From: an uncultured Gemmatimonadales bacterium
GTDB taxonomy: Bacteria > Gemmatimonadota > Gemmatimonadetes > Gemmatimonadales > GWC2-71-9
Length of the DNA stretch: 64,000 nt
NCBI GenBank assembly: GCA_963796635.1
Contig: CAWCMH010000001.1
Span: 1,045,769 to 1,109,768 of the forward strand
Reading direction: 5' to 3'
Shown here: positions 1-11,385 of the stretch, in pieces
Position numbering within the stretch: the first letter of the stretch is position 1
Layout of the letters: each line of letters begins with the position of its first letter
The notes under the pieces: model-generated
The model's database searches: none
What the model was told of the DNA's origin: nothing
The model's input: the letters and a program-made list of their open reading frames with translations, nothing else
Translations under genes and position numbers: made by a program

Positions 1-276
1 ACTCGACCGACCGCGCCAGCGCAAACGAGTTGGGCGGCACCACGCAGACATCCCCTTTGAACTCGACAAAGCTCTTGTCGTCGAAATGCTTCGGGTCGAC
101 GATGGCGGACAGCACGTTGGTGAAGATGCGGAACTCGTCTGCCACCCGCATGTCGTAGCCGTACGACGAGACGCCGTAGGAAATCGCGCCGGCCCGGACC
201 TGGCCGTCGACGAAGGGTTCGATCATGCCATGGTCGCGCACCATCGGCGGATCCAGCGATCGGATTTGATGGACAT
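1..276 (-). pseudogene. dcd: dCTP deaminase, 5' part (3' end lies off-window); one frameshift as sequenced
   Basis: Minus-strand ATG at 276 gives [11 protein letters not shown]. The frame changes near 245; restoring one base in cgccgatgg gives ..RRMVRDHG. It then reads [71 protein letters not shown], the conserved Dcd N-terminal region. Confidence 0.8.
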
Positions 277-416
277 GGGGGGCAAGATAAGCGAGCAGGC
301 GAGGCGCAAGGCGGGCGACGCGAGCCACCACGCGTGGCTGTCGAGTTCGTTGGTCGAGGCCGCGCGACCCCGATTCCCGACGGCGCCGCGTCGCACCATC
401 GGCCCTGCACGGTTTG

Positions 417-445
417 TTGAAATCGCCCCGGGGTTCCGGTACATT
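417..445 (+). promoter_or_regulatory. Candidate sigma70-type promoter of the nuo operon
   Basis: TTGAAA (417-422), 17 nt spacer, TACATT (440-445), 41 nt upstream of the nuoA ATG. By-eye match only. Confidence 0.35.
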
Positions 446-455
446 CCGGGCGGGT

Positions 456-471
456 TGTGAAATATTTCACG
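456..471 (+). promoter_or_regulatory. CRP/FNR-family-like palindromic operator between the putative -10 and nuoA
   Basis: TGTGA-aatatt-TCACG. The inner 14 bp GTGAAATATTTCAC (457-470) is a perfect palindrome and is AT-rich in a GC-rich context. Geometry matches TGTGA-N6-TCACA. Confidence 0.4.
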
Positions 472-485
472 AGGTCAGGAACACG

Positions 486-852
486 ATGCTGCAGCCTTAC
501 GTCCCGATCCTGATTCTGCTGGTGTTCGTGGTCGCCAACGCCGTGCTGATCGTCGGTGCCTCGACGCTGTTGTCGAGCTATCGGCCGACGGCCGTCAAGC
601 GGGCCGCGTATGAGTCGGGCATGCCGGTGCTGGGCGACGCGCGCGAACGATTTTCGGTCACATTCTACCTGGTCGCGATGCTGTTCATCGTCTTCGACAT
701 CGAGACGGTGTTCATGATCCCGTGGGCGGTCGCGTTTGCGCAGCTCAAGGCGATGAGCGGGGTGCTGCTGCTGGAGATGCTGACGTTCGTGCTGATTCTG
801 GGCGTCGGCTACATCTACATCTGGAAGCGGGGGGCGCTGGAATGGGATGTGA
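486..852 (+). pseudogene. nuoA: NADH-quinone oxidoreductase subunit A; stop is out of frame as sequenced (probable sequence error)
   Basis: ATG 486 after aggaa. MLQPYVPILILLVFVV..FYLVAMLFIVFDIETVFMIPWAV..YIWKRGALEW matches NuoA/ND3. There is no in-frame stop. Removing one g from ggg 844-846 gives ..EWM followed by TGA 850-852. Confidence 0.8.
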
Positions 853-1461
853 GTCCTCTGCCTGTCGCCGCGCCGGTCACGCACGAAACCCATCTCGCCC
901 AACTGGATCACGACGCGGCTCGACTTCCTGGCGAACTGGGGCCGGGCCAACTCGCTCTGGCCGATGCCGTTCGGCACCGCCTGCTGCGCCATCGAATACA
1001 TGGCCACCGCGGCCTCCCGGTTCGACATCGCGCGCTTCGGAATGGAGCGGCAGAGCTTCTCGCCTCGCCAGGCCGACGTGCTGATCTGCGCCGGCCGACT
1101 GCCGTTCAAGCTCGCGCCGGTGATCCGCCGGATCTGGGACCAGATGCCGCAGCCCAAGTGGTGCATCTCGATGGGCGCGTGCGCGTCGTCGGGCGGCATC
1201 TTCGACAACTACGCCATGGTGCAGGGGATCGACACCATCATCCCGGTCGACGTGTACGTGCCCGGCTGCCCGCCGCGGCCCGAGGGGTTGTTGTACGGCA
1301 TCATGCTGCTGCAGAAGAAGATCATGGGCGAGACGATGATCGATCCGTCGCTCCGGGTCGAACACCTGGTCGGTCCCGATGGGCTGTTTCGCCGCCCGGC
1401 GGACATCGACGAGGTGTCCGAGCCGTTCGGCAACTCCGTCTCGCAGACGCGGTCGTCGTGA
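849..1461 (+). pseudogene. nuoB: NADH-quinone oxidoreductase subunit B; one frameshift near the 5' end as sequenced
   Basis: GTG 849 sits in a GTGA start/stop overlap. It reads [17 protein letters not shown], then a +1 switch at ccc 898-900 leads into [67 protein letters not shown]. Confidence 0.85.
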
Positions 1462-1492
1462 TCTGCGGCGCGGCATTCCGGGATCGGCGCCG

Positions 1493-2135
1493 ATGAACGA
1501 GTCCAGAGTGGCCACGCCACTCGTCGGCGCCCGCGCCAGTGCCGCGGCGCTGCAAGCCCGCTTCCCGGCCGGTGTCCTCCGGATCCAGGAAATCGTGGGT
1601 CAGGTCATCGTCACCGTCGCGCCCGCGAAGGCGCATGCGATCTTCGCGTGGCTGCAGGACGATCCGGGCCAGCACTTCGACTACCTGACCGACGTCACAG
1701 CCGTGGAGTATCGCGATCCGGAGCTTCCGCTCGAGGTCGTCTACCAGCTGCGGTCACTGCGCACGCCATGTCGACCTCCGCGTCAAGATCCCGCTCGCGC
1801 CCGATGGGCCGCTGCAGGTGGACTCGGTGGTCGACCTGTGGCAGGGTGCCGACTGGCTGGAGCGCGAGGTGTGGGACATGTTCGGCGTGCGCTTCAAGGG
1901 GCATCCCGATCTCCGGCGGATCCTGATGTGGGAGGGGTACGCCGAGGGATTTCCGCTGCGGAAGTCGTTTCCGCTGCGCGGGCATTGGTCGCGGGCCGAG
2001 CAGACGCGGCAGGCCTTGCAGGCCAACCCGGAGGCCTACTACTCGCTCGAGGAACTGTCGATCGCCGACGCGTATCACGAGTTGCCGCAGGACGTGCGCG
2101 ACCGCCTGGCACAGGCCGGCGAGGTGCTGCCGTGA
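1493..2135 (+). pseudogene. nuoC: NADH-quinone oxidoreductase subunit C; one frameshift as sequenced
   Basis: ATG 1493. ..FDYLTDVTAVEYRDPELPLEVVYQLRSL, then a +1 switch at cc 1766-1767 into HVDLRVKIPL..VDSVVDLWQGADWLEREVWDMFGVRFKGHPDLRRILM. Confidence 0.85.
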
Positions 2136-3423
2136 CACCGCGCACGATCGACGTCGAATTCGCGGACGCCGACGCTCGACGCCAGCGGCCAGGTGCGCAC
2201 CGTGCCGCTCGGCGTGTCGCGCCGGCCCAGCGAGTCGGTCAACGACGATTTCGGCGCCGAGCACATGCTGGTCAACATCGGACCGCAGCATCCTGCCACG
2301 CACGGCGTGCTGCGGCTGGTGGTCGAGCTGGAGGGCGAATCGGTCAAGCGGGTGATCCCGCACATCGGCTACCTCCACTCCGGCTTCGAGAAGCTGGGTG
2401 AGTACCGCTTCTACAACCAGATCATTCCGCTCACCGATCGCACCGACTACCTGTCGCCGATGGCGAACAACATCGCGCTGGCGCTCGCGGTCGAGCAGCT
2501 GATGGGCCTCCAGATCACCGAGCGCTGCCGGCTGCTGCGGGTCATCGCCTGCGAAATGAGCCGGATCATCTCGCACCTGGTCTGGGCCGGCACCACCGGC
2601 ATCGACCTCGGGCGCGTACACGCCGTTCCTGTGGATGTTCGAGCAGCGGGAGCGGATCTACAACCTGCAGGAGGCGTGGACCGGGGCGCGGCTGACGACC
2701 TCCGTCGCGCGGGTCGGCGGCATGATGGCCGACGTGCCGGAGCATGGGAGGACGGGCCTGCGCGACTTCGTGCGGACCTTTCCCGGCGACGCTGACCGAA
2801 GTGGACACGATGTTCACCCGCAACGCGATCTGGTGCGGGCGCACCCAGGGTGTCGGCGCCATGAGCGCCGACGAGGCGATCAACTACTCGCTGTCCGGCC
2901 CGATGCTGCGCGCCAGCGGCGTCGACTACGACGTGCGCAAGGACCGGCCGTACCTGGGCTACGATGAGTTCGACTTCGACGTGCCCGATCGGCGAGCACG
3001 GCGACGTCTACGACCGGTACCGCGTGCGCATGGAGGAGATGTTCCAGTCGGCCCGCATCATCGAGCAGGCGCTCGACCGGCTCGAGCCAGGTCCGGTCAA
3101 CGTCGCCGATCCGCGGGTGATCGTTGCCGCCCAAGTCCCGGGCGATGAGCGACATGGAAGCGATGATCTACCACTTCAAGCAGGTGATGGAAGGCATCAA
3201 GGCGCCGGCCGGCGAGGTGTATTTCGGGGTCGAGAACCCCAAGGGCGAGCTGGGCTACTACTTCGTGTCCGACGGCACCGCCAAGCCGGTGCGCTGGCGC
3301 ATCCGTCCGCCCTCGTTCCTCAACCTGGCGGCGTTGCCCAGGCTGTGCGAAGGCGCGCTGCTGTCGGACGTGATCGCGATCAACGCGAGCGTGGACATCG
3401 TGATGGGAGAGATCGACCGGTGA
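2132..3423 (+). pseudogene. nuoD: NADH-quinone oxidoreductase subunit D; five frameshifts as sequenced
   Basis: GTG 2132 overlaps the nuoC stop (GTGA). Conserved blocks lie in successive frames: [24 protein letters not shown]; [16 protein letters not shown]; [15 protein letters not shown]; [18 protein letters not shown]; [27 protein letters not shown]. Frame switches fall near 2169-2170, 2610-2612, 2782-2784, 2984-2986 and 3123-3125. Confidence 0.85.
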
Positions 3424-3921
3424 CGACGCACGACACGGCGGCGTACGCAGCCGGTGTTCACCGGCGCAGTGCTGGCGCAACTGGAATCGCTGTATCCCCG
3501 GTATCCCGACAAGCGGTCGCTGCTGCTGCCGGCGCTCTGGCTGGTGCAGGAGGCGCGCGGCTGGATTGCCGATGGCGCCATCGCCGAGGTGGCCGACACG
3601 CTCGGGATTGACCGCCGCGTACGTGCGGGGCGTGGTGACCTTCTACACCATGTTCCATACCCACCCGGTGGGGCGGCATTTCATCCAGGTCTGCACCACG
3701 TCGCCGTGCGGCATCTGCGGCGCCGAGGAGGTGGCGCGCGCACTGGTGGCACACACCGGCTGCGGCGACCTCGGTGCCACGAGTCCCGACGGTCGCTTCA
3801 CCGTAATCGAGGTCGAATGCCTCGGCGCGTGCGGATTTGCCACGCCGATCCTGGTGGATGACGATTTCATCGAATCGGTGACGCCCGAGCGCGTGCCGGA
3901 CATCCTTGCGCGGTATGCCTG

Positions 3922-3922
<1 letters not shown>
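3420..3922 (+). pseudogene. nuoE: NADH-quinone oxidoreductase subunit E; two frameshifts as sequenced
   Basis: GTG 3420 (GTGA overlap). ..[29 protein letters not shown].., then ..TAAYVRGVVTFYTMFHTHPVGRHFIQVCTTSPCGICGAEE..ECLGACGFATPILV. Frame switches near 3451-3454 and at ggg 3604-3606. Confidence 0.85.
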
Positions 3923-5235
<1,313 letters not shown>

Positions 5236-5239
<4 letters not shown>

Positions 5240-6800
5240 GCGACGAGATGGTGGCGCTGACGATCGACGGCGTGCCCGGTCGAGGTGCCCAAGGGGACCA
5301 TGGTGATCGAGGCGGCCAAGCGCGCCGGCGTGCTGGTGCCGCACTACTGCTACCATCCGTCGCTGCCGTCGCCGGCCGTGTGCCGCATGTGCCTCGTCGA
5401 GATCGAGAAGGCGCCGAAACTGATGCCGGCGTGCGTCACCGCCGTCGGCCGCGGGTCAGGTGGTGCACGTGCACTCGGCCGCGGCACTTGAGGCGCGCAA
5501 GAGTGTGCTCGAATTCCTGCTGATCAATCATCCGCTCGACTGCCCGATCTGCGATCAGGCCGGCGAATGCGAGCTGCAGGACTTCACGTTCCAGGAGGGA
5601 CGCGCAGGCTCACGTTACGCGGAGTATGCCAAGCGCTACTCGCCGGTCGAGGACTTCGGTCCTGACATCCTGTACGTGCCCAACCGGTGCATCCTGTGCA
5701 CCCGCTGCGTCCGCTTCATGGACAGCGTCGCCGGGGACACCGTGCTCGACGTGTTCGATCGCGGCGATCGCGCCTACATCGGCATCGACGCCGATCATCG
5801 GCTCGATCATCCATGGGCGGGAAATGTGGTTGATCTCTGTCCGGTTGGATCGCTGCTCTCGAAGGATTTTCTGCACAAGGCGCGCGCCTGGGATCTCGAC
5901 AAGACCGCGTCGATCTGTCCGGGATGCACCCAGGGCTGCAACATGACGATCGACACCCGGGACAGCGCCGTGGTGCGGTTGCGGCCGCGCGCCAATCTCG
6001 AGGTCAACCGGCATTTCATGTGCGACGCCGGCCGGGCCGATTATCGCTGGATGAATCGCGGTGATCGCGTCGAGGCGCCGCTGGTTCGCGATGGCGAGCG
6101 CCTCCGCGCGGTGGACTGGGACGTCGCGCTCGACCGGCTGAGCACGCTGGTGCACGAGGCCGAGGGCAACATCGTCCTGCTGGCCGGTGGCCGTGCGTCG
6201 TGCGAGTCGCTGGGCTGGGTGATGCGGCTGATCGGTGCGCCGCGCGCCGCGGCGATGCAGGTGCCGACTGGTCCGGAGGCCCCGATCGGGACGATCCCCG
6301 GCTTGGCGCGGCGGGCCGAGCGCGCCGCGAACCTGATGGGCGCGCGACGGCTTGGCGTCGACACCGAGTGGACCACGGCCGTCGGTGCCCTGGCGCAGGC
6401 GGCGCTGGTGATTACGCTGGACGTGACACTCGACGATGCCGCCGCCGCGGCCGTCGAAGGCGTGGCGCATCACGCGCATCTCGGCACGGTGGTCGACGAG
6501 CGGTGGGCCACCGCCGACGCCGTGCTGCCGGTCACAACTATGGCCGAAGAGCAGGGCGTCTATGTCAACGTTGACCAGCGGGCGCAACGCTATCTGCCGG
6601 CGCGCCCGGCGCCCGGAATGGCGCGGCCAGCGTGGTGGGTCGCGTCGCAGGCGTGGGGACGCGATCGCACCGGCATCCGGCCGCCCGCGACCGCAGCCGA
6701 CGCATTTGCCGAGTTGGCAGCGTTCGATGGCCTCACGTATCGCGATCTCGGCCTGACGGGCCGTCGTCTCGCGACCGCGTCGACCGGGGCCGCGCGATGA
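5236..6800 (+). pseudogene. nuoG: NADH-quinone oxidoreductase subunit G (short form); two frameshifts in the first 230 nt as sequenced
   Basis: ATG 5236 (ATGA overlap). MSDEMVALTIDGVP / VEVPKGTMVIEAAKRAGVLVPHYCYHPSLPSPAVCRMCLVEI / QVVHVHS..INHPLDCPICDQAGECELQD..NRCILCTRCVRF. Frame switches at ccc 5275-5277 and ggg 5453-5455. Confidence 0.85.
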
Positions 6801-8038
6801 CGCCGCTGGACAAGGGTTTCGTGCTGCTGGTCATCATCAAGATCCTGGTCGTCTTCACCATGATGATGGTCGGCGCGGCACTCCTCACGCTGATGGAACG
6901 GAAGGTGGCCGGCTGGATGCAGAACCGGCCCGGACCCAACCGGGTCGGTCCGTCCGGCATTCTCCAGCCGGTCGCCGACGGGATCAAGAATTTCATCAAG
7001 GAAGAGACGCGGCCCGTCTCGGCCAACGAGTGGCTCTTCGTGCTCGCGCCTGCGCTGTCATTCGTACCGGCCGTCATGCTCATCGCCGTGATCCCGCTCG
7101 CCGCTCCGCTGCCGCTCAACTTCGATGTCAACCTGCCGCTGATCGGCCTCACGTCGTATCACGGGGCGCTGCCGATGTCGGTGGCCGAGCTGCCGATCGG
7201 CTTCGTCTTCATCCTGGCGTTCTCGTCGCTCGGCGTCTACGGCATCGCGCTGGCCGGGTGGTCATCCAACAGCAAGTACTCGTTGATCGGCGGGTTGCGG
7301 GCCAGCGCGCAGCTCATCTCGTACGAAGTCGCCATGGGGCTGTCGCTGATTCCGGTGCTGCTGCTGTCGGGCAACGTGTCGTTCGCCGAGATCGTGACGC
7401 GCCAGCAGCATGGTGTCTGGTTCATCCTGCCGCTGTTCCTGTCGTTCTTCGTCTTCCTGATCAGCGGATTTGCCGAGACCAATCGGCTGCCGTTCGACCT
7501 GCCGGAGGCCGAATCCGAGCTGGTGGCCGGGTATCATGCCGAGTACAGCGCGATGAAGTTCTCGCTGTTCATGATCGCCGAATACGTGCACATCGTCGTG
7601 GTTGCCGCGATGCTGGCGACGCTGTTCTTCGGTGGCTGGGATATTCCGTTCACGCACTGGGACGAGCAGGGCGGGCTGCTGCAGACGGTTGCGACGCACG
7701 CCATGTTCTTCGCCAAGACGTTCTTCTGGATCTTCTTCGTGATGTGGATCCGCTGGACCTTGCCGCGCTTCCGGTACGATCAGCTGATGGCACTGGGGTG
7801 GAAGATCCTGTTGCCGCTCTCGCTGGCGTACATCATGGTGGTCGCGGTGGCGATCGCGCTGGCCGATCGCTGGATCGGGGCGGGCCGGCCGGTCGCGGAA
7901 GGCCTGGCGTTGTTCGGGCTCAACATCGTGCTGGGATGGCTGGTGTTCTTCGTGCTCGACCGCGGACACGTCGTCCGCGGCGTGGCACCGCACGTCCGGG
8001 CGGCCGACGCGTTGCGGCCAGGGGAGGGAGCGGCCTGA
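6797..8038 (+). CDS. nuoH: NADH-quinone oxidoreductase subunit H
   Basis: ATG 6797 (ATGA overlap with the nuoG stop). ..LMERKVAGWMQNRPGPNRVGPSGILQPVADGIKNFIKEE..AETNRLPFDLPEAESELVAGYHAEYS. Confidence 0.9.
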   Translation: MTPLDKGFVLLVIIKILVVFTMMMVGAALLTLMERKVAGWMQNRPGPNRVGPSGILQPVADGIKNFIKEETRPVSANEWLFVLAPALSFVPAVMLIAVIPLAAPLPLNFDVNLPLIGLTSYHGALPMSVAELPIGFVFILAFSSLGVYGIALAGWSSNSKYSLIGGLRASAQLISYEVAMGLSLIPVLLLSGNVSFAEIVTRQQHGVWFILPLFLSFFVFLISGFAETNRLPFDLPEAESELVAGYHAEYSAMKFSLFMIAEYVHIVVVAAMLATLFFGGWDIPFTHWDEQGGLLQTVATHAMFFAKTFFWIFFVMWIRWTLPRFRYDQLMALGWKILLPLSLAYIMVVAVAIALADRWIGAGRPVAEGLALFGLNIVLGWLVFFVLDRGHVVRGVAPHVRAADALRPGEGAA

Positions 8039-8544
8039 TGGCGATCGGTGTCAAGGTGCTGCGCCGGCCGGAAACCGAAGTGTCGTACGTCCGCGCGACA
8101 CTCAAGGGCATGGCGCTGACGTTCCGGCACATGCTGCAACCGCGCGTGACGATGCAGTATCCCGAGGCGCGCAGCACCGACGACTGGCGCATCTCCACGC
8201 GGTGGCGTGGCACGCACCGGATGCTGACCGACGAGCAGGGGCGTTCCAAGTGCGTGGCGTGCGGGCTGTGTCCGCAGGTGTGTCCCGCCAACTGCATCAA
8301 GCTGGTCCCCGGCGAGGACGAAGAGGGCAACCGCTACCCGCTGATCTACGAAATCGACGAGTTCCGCTGCGTGTTCTGCGGCTACTGCCAGGAAGTCTGT
8401 CCGGAGGAAGCGATTCACGTCGGCGTGCACTACGAAAACTCGGAATATTCGCGGGACCGCTTCGTGTACGACCTCGAGCGGTTGTCGGCGCAGACCCATC
8501 CGGTGTCGACGTTGTGGGACCCCGCCGACCCGCGGGGCGAGTGA
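8038..8544 (+). CDS. nuoI: NADH-quinone oxidoreductase subunit I (2x[4Fe-4S] ferredoxin-type)
   Basis: ATG 8038. Two CxxCxxCxxxCP motifs: CVACGLCPQVCP and CVFCGYCQEVCP. Confidence 0.9.
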   Translation: MAIGVKVLRRPETEVSYVRATLKGMALTFRHMLQPRVTMQYPEARSTDDWRISTRWRGTHRMLTDEQGRSKCVACGLCPQVCPANCIKLVPGEDEEGNRYPLIYEIDEFRCVFCGYCQEVCPEEAIHVGVHYENSEYSRDRFVYDLERLSAQTHPVSTLWDPADPRGE

Positions 8545-8545
8545 C

Positions 8546-9109
8546 GTGACGGCGACCACGGTGGTGTTCTACCTGTTCGCGATCTGGGCGATCGTCTCGG
8601 CGCTGCTGTGCATCACCCGGGCCAGCGCCTTGTCCGCGGCGCTGTGGCTGGTGTCGTGCATGTTCGCGCTGGCGGTCCTGTTCGTCGTGCTGCAGGCGCA
8701 GTTCATTGCCGCGATCCAGGTGCTGGTCTATGCCGGCGCGGTCATGGTGCTGTTTCTCTTCGTCATCATGCTGCTGAATCTCGACGCCATGCCGCCGCTG
8801 GTGAAACGCTGGCCGGTGTGGGCTGTCGGCGTCGCGCTCGCCCTGCTGCTCGGCGCCACGTTGGTGTCGTTGCGCACGTACACCCCGGTCCGGCTCGCGC
8901 GCGAGATCTCGAGCCTTCCGGGCGTCCCCGATCCGCGGCTGGTCTTCGCCGAGGGCGGCGGGATGGCCGAGGCGGTGCGGCAGCAGGGCGCCGTCGGCAG
9001 CGTGGCGCAGCCGCTCTTCGTGGCCTATCTGGTGCCGTTCGAGATCACGTCGGTGCTGCTGCTGGTGGCCGTCATCGGGGCCGTGGTGCTGGCCAAGAAG
9101 AAACTCTGA
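8546..9109 (+). CDS. nuoJ: NADH-quinone oxidoreductase subunit J
   Basis: GTG 8546. 187 aa hydrophobic protein, ..[20 protein letters not shown]... Sits between nuoI and nuoK. Confidence 0.85.
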   Translation: MTATTVVFYLFAIWAIVSALLCITRASALSAALWLVSCMFALAVLFVVLQAQFIAAIQVLVYAGAVMVLFLFVIMLLNLDAMPPLVKRWPVWAVGVALALLLGATLVSLRTYTPVRLAREISSLPGVPDPRLVFAEGGGMAEAVRQQGAVGSVAQPLFVAYLVPFEITSVLLLVAVIGAVVLAKKKL

Positions 9110-9405
9110 TGCTGATCGGTCCATCGCTCGCGGTGTCCGCGATCCTCTTCGTGCTCGGCGTCGCCGGCGTGCTGATCCGGCGCAACGCCATCGTGGTGTT
9201 CATGTGCGTCGAATTGATGCTCAACGCGGTCAATCTCACGTTCGTCGCGCTGGCGCAACTTCACGGTGTGAGCGGGCAGATCATGGTGTTCTTCGTGATG
9301 ACCGTCGCCGCGGCCGAAGCGACCGTGGGCCTGGCGATCATATTGGCCATCTTCCGACACACCCAGTCGGTTGACCTGACGCAGATCAATCTTCTCAAGG
9401 GCTGA
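9109..9405 (+). CDS. nuoK: NADH-quinone oxidoreductase subunit K
   Basis: ATG 9109. 98 aa, ..[29 protein letters not shown]. Confidence 0.9.
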   Translation: MLIGPSLAVSAILFVLGVAGVLIRRNAIVVFMCVELMLNAVNLTFVALAQLHGVSGQIMVFFVMTVAAAEATVGLAIILAIFRHTQSVDLTQINLLKG

Positions 9406-9408
9406 GGC

Positions 9409-11382
9409 GTGATCCACCTGGTATGGCTGGCCGTAGCCCTGCCGTTGCTGGGCGCGATAATCAACGGGGCGCTTGCCATCCGCCGGCCCGCGGCAAAGCG
9501 GCTGGTGTCGCTCGTCGGCGTCGGCGTGCTTGCCGCCGCGTTCGTGGTGGCCGTGACCGTGTTCCAGGCGGTGCGGCAGGAACCGCCGCAGATCATCACC
9601 CACGTGCTGCTGTGGCACTGGATGCCGGTGACGCCGCGCCTGTCCATCGATTTCTCGCTGCAGGTCGATCATCTGTCGGTGATCATGATGTTGATCATCA
9701 CCGGCGTGGGCGGGCTGATCCACCTGTTTTCGGTCGGCTACATGTGGAGCGACCCGGGCTATGCCCGGTATTTCGCGTATCTGAACCTCTTTATCGCCTT
9801 CATGCTGGTTCTCGTGCTCGGCGCGTCGATGCCGGTCGCATTTGTGGGCTGGGAAGGCGTCGGGCTCTGTTCGTATCTGCTCGTCGGCTTCTGGTTCGAC
9901 ATTGACGCCAATGCCAACGCGGGCAAGAAGGCGTTCCTTGCCAATCGCGTGGGCGACTTCGGCGTGCTGATCGCCATGTTCATGTTGTGGTGGCACCTCG
10001 GCACGCTGGATTTCGCCGCGATCACGTTGCGGGCACCCGCCGTATTCCCGATCGGCAGCGGTGCCGTGGTGGCGATCGCCCTGTTCATCTTTCTCGGCTG
10101 CACCGGCAAGTCGGCGCAGATTCCGCTCTATGTCTGGTTGCCCGACGCCATGGCCGGCCCGACGCCGGTCTCGGCGCTGATCCACGCCGCCACGATGGTG
10201 ACGGCCGGCGTCTTTCTCATTGTCCGGATGTCGGCGGTGTTCGCGCTGGCCCCGGTGGCGCTGGAGGTGGTGGCGGTGATCGGCGCGGTGACCGCGTTCT
10301 TTGCCGCCAGCATCGGCTTGCGGCAGTATGACATCAAGAAGGTGCTGGCCTATTCGACCGTGTCCCAGCTCGGATACATGTTTCTCGGCGTCGGCACCGG
10401 GGCATTCGCCACCGGGATTTTCCATCTCATCACGCATGCCTTCTTCAAGGGGCTCCTGTTTCTGGGCGCCGGCAGCGTGATCCACGCGATGCATCACGCC
10501 CTGCATCACGCGCATTCCCACGCCGACGCGCAGGACATGCGCAACATGGGTGGGTTGCGGCGCCGGCTGCCGTGGACCTTTGCACTGATGCTCGTCGCGA
10601 CCCTCGCCATTGCGGGCGTGCCGCCGTTCGCCGGGTTCTTCTCGAAGGACGCCATCCTCGGTGCCGCGTTTGCACGCGGCGCGGACCAGCCGGTGTATCT
10701 CGTCTGCTGGGCGCTGGCCGTGGGCGCCGCGCTGATGACAGCGTACTACATGGCGCGCCTGATGGCGATGACATTCCTCGGACGGTTCCGCAGCGGGGCC
10801 GACGCCGAATCGCACCTGCACGAAGCGCCGTGGATCATGACCGGGCCGTTGCTCGTGCTCGGCGTGCTGAGTGCGATCGGCGGCCTGATCAACCTGCCTG
10901 CGTTCGCGGGCGGCACCTCGTGGCTGGACCGTTGGCTCGCACCGGTCACCGCGGTGGCGCGCATGTCGCTCCCTGCGGTGCACGAGGCCGAAGGCAGCAG
11001 CGCCATCGTGTTGATGGTGGTGGCCATCGCAGCCGCGGCGCTGGGGCTCTTCGGGGGATGGTACGCCACCAGCCGTGCCGACATCGTGACGCCGGATCGC
11101 GCGCCGCCCGAGCACGGGCTCGGCAAGCTGCTGTATCACAAGTTCTACGTCGATGAACTGTATCAGCACGTGTTCGTGCTGCCCCTGGTGTGGCTGTCGC
11201 GCCGGGTGTTGTGGCAGACGGTCGATGCGTTCCTGATCGACCGCATCGGCGTCGGCGGCACCGCACGCGTGGCCGAGGGGCTGGGCTGGCTCGGCTCGCG
11301 GCTCGAAAACGGCCAGGTCGCGTTCTATGTCGCGATGTTCGCCGCCGGCGCCGTGATCGTCCTGCGCACGCTGGTGAGGTAA
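9409..11382 (+). CDS. nuoL: NADH-quinone oxidoreductase subunit L
   Basis: GTG 9409. 657 aa, ..WEGVGLCSYLLVGFW..NRVGDFG..PLYVWLPDAMAGPTPVSALIHAATMVTAGVFL. Confidence 0.9.
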   Translation: MIHLVWLAVALPLLGAIINGALAIRRPAAKRLVSLVGVGVLAAAFVVAVTVFQAVRQEPPQIITHVLLWHWMPVTPRLSIDFSLQVDHLSVIMMLIITGVGGLIHLFSVGYMWSDPGYARYFAYLNLFIAFMLVLVLGASMPVAFVGWEGVGLCSYLLVGFWFDIDANANAGKKAFLANRVGDFGVLIAMFMLWWHLGTLDFAAITLRAPAVFPIGSGAVVAIALFIFLGCTGKSAQIPLYVWLPDAMAGPTPVSALIHAATMVTAGVFLIVRMSAVFALAPVALEVVAVIGAVTAFFAASIGLRQYDIKKVLAYSTVSQLGYMFLGVGTGAFATGIFHLITHAFFKGLLFLGAGSVIHAMHHALHHAHSHADAQDMRNMGGLRRRLPWTFALMLVATLAIAGVPPFAGFFSKDAILGAAFARGADQPVYLVCWALAVGAALMTAYYMARLMAMTFLGRFRSGADAESHLHEAPWIMTGPLLVLGVLSAIGGLINLPAFAGGTSWLDRWLAPVTAVARMSLPAVHEAEGSSAIVLMVVAIAAAALGLFGGWYATSRADIVTPDRAPPEHGLGKLLYHKFYVDELYQHVFVLPLVWLSRRVLWQTVDAFLIDRIGVGGTARVAEGLGWLGSRLENGQVAFYVAMFAAGAVIVLRTLVR

Positions 11383-11385
11383 CCG

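Noticed and set aside
486-1461. A natural NuoA-NuoB fusion protein (no stop between them in the nuoA frame)
   Set aside because: The fusion would still need a frameshift to reach the conserved NuoB region. Two homopolymer corrections (844-846 and 898-900) instead restore a normal GTGA-overlapped nuoA stop and nuoB start.
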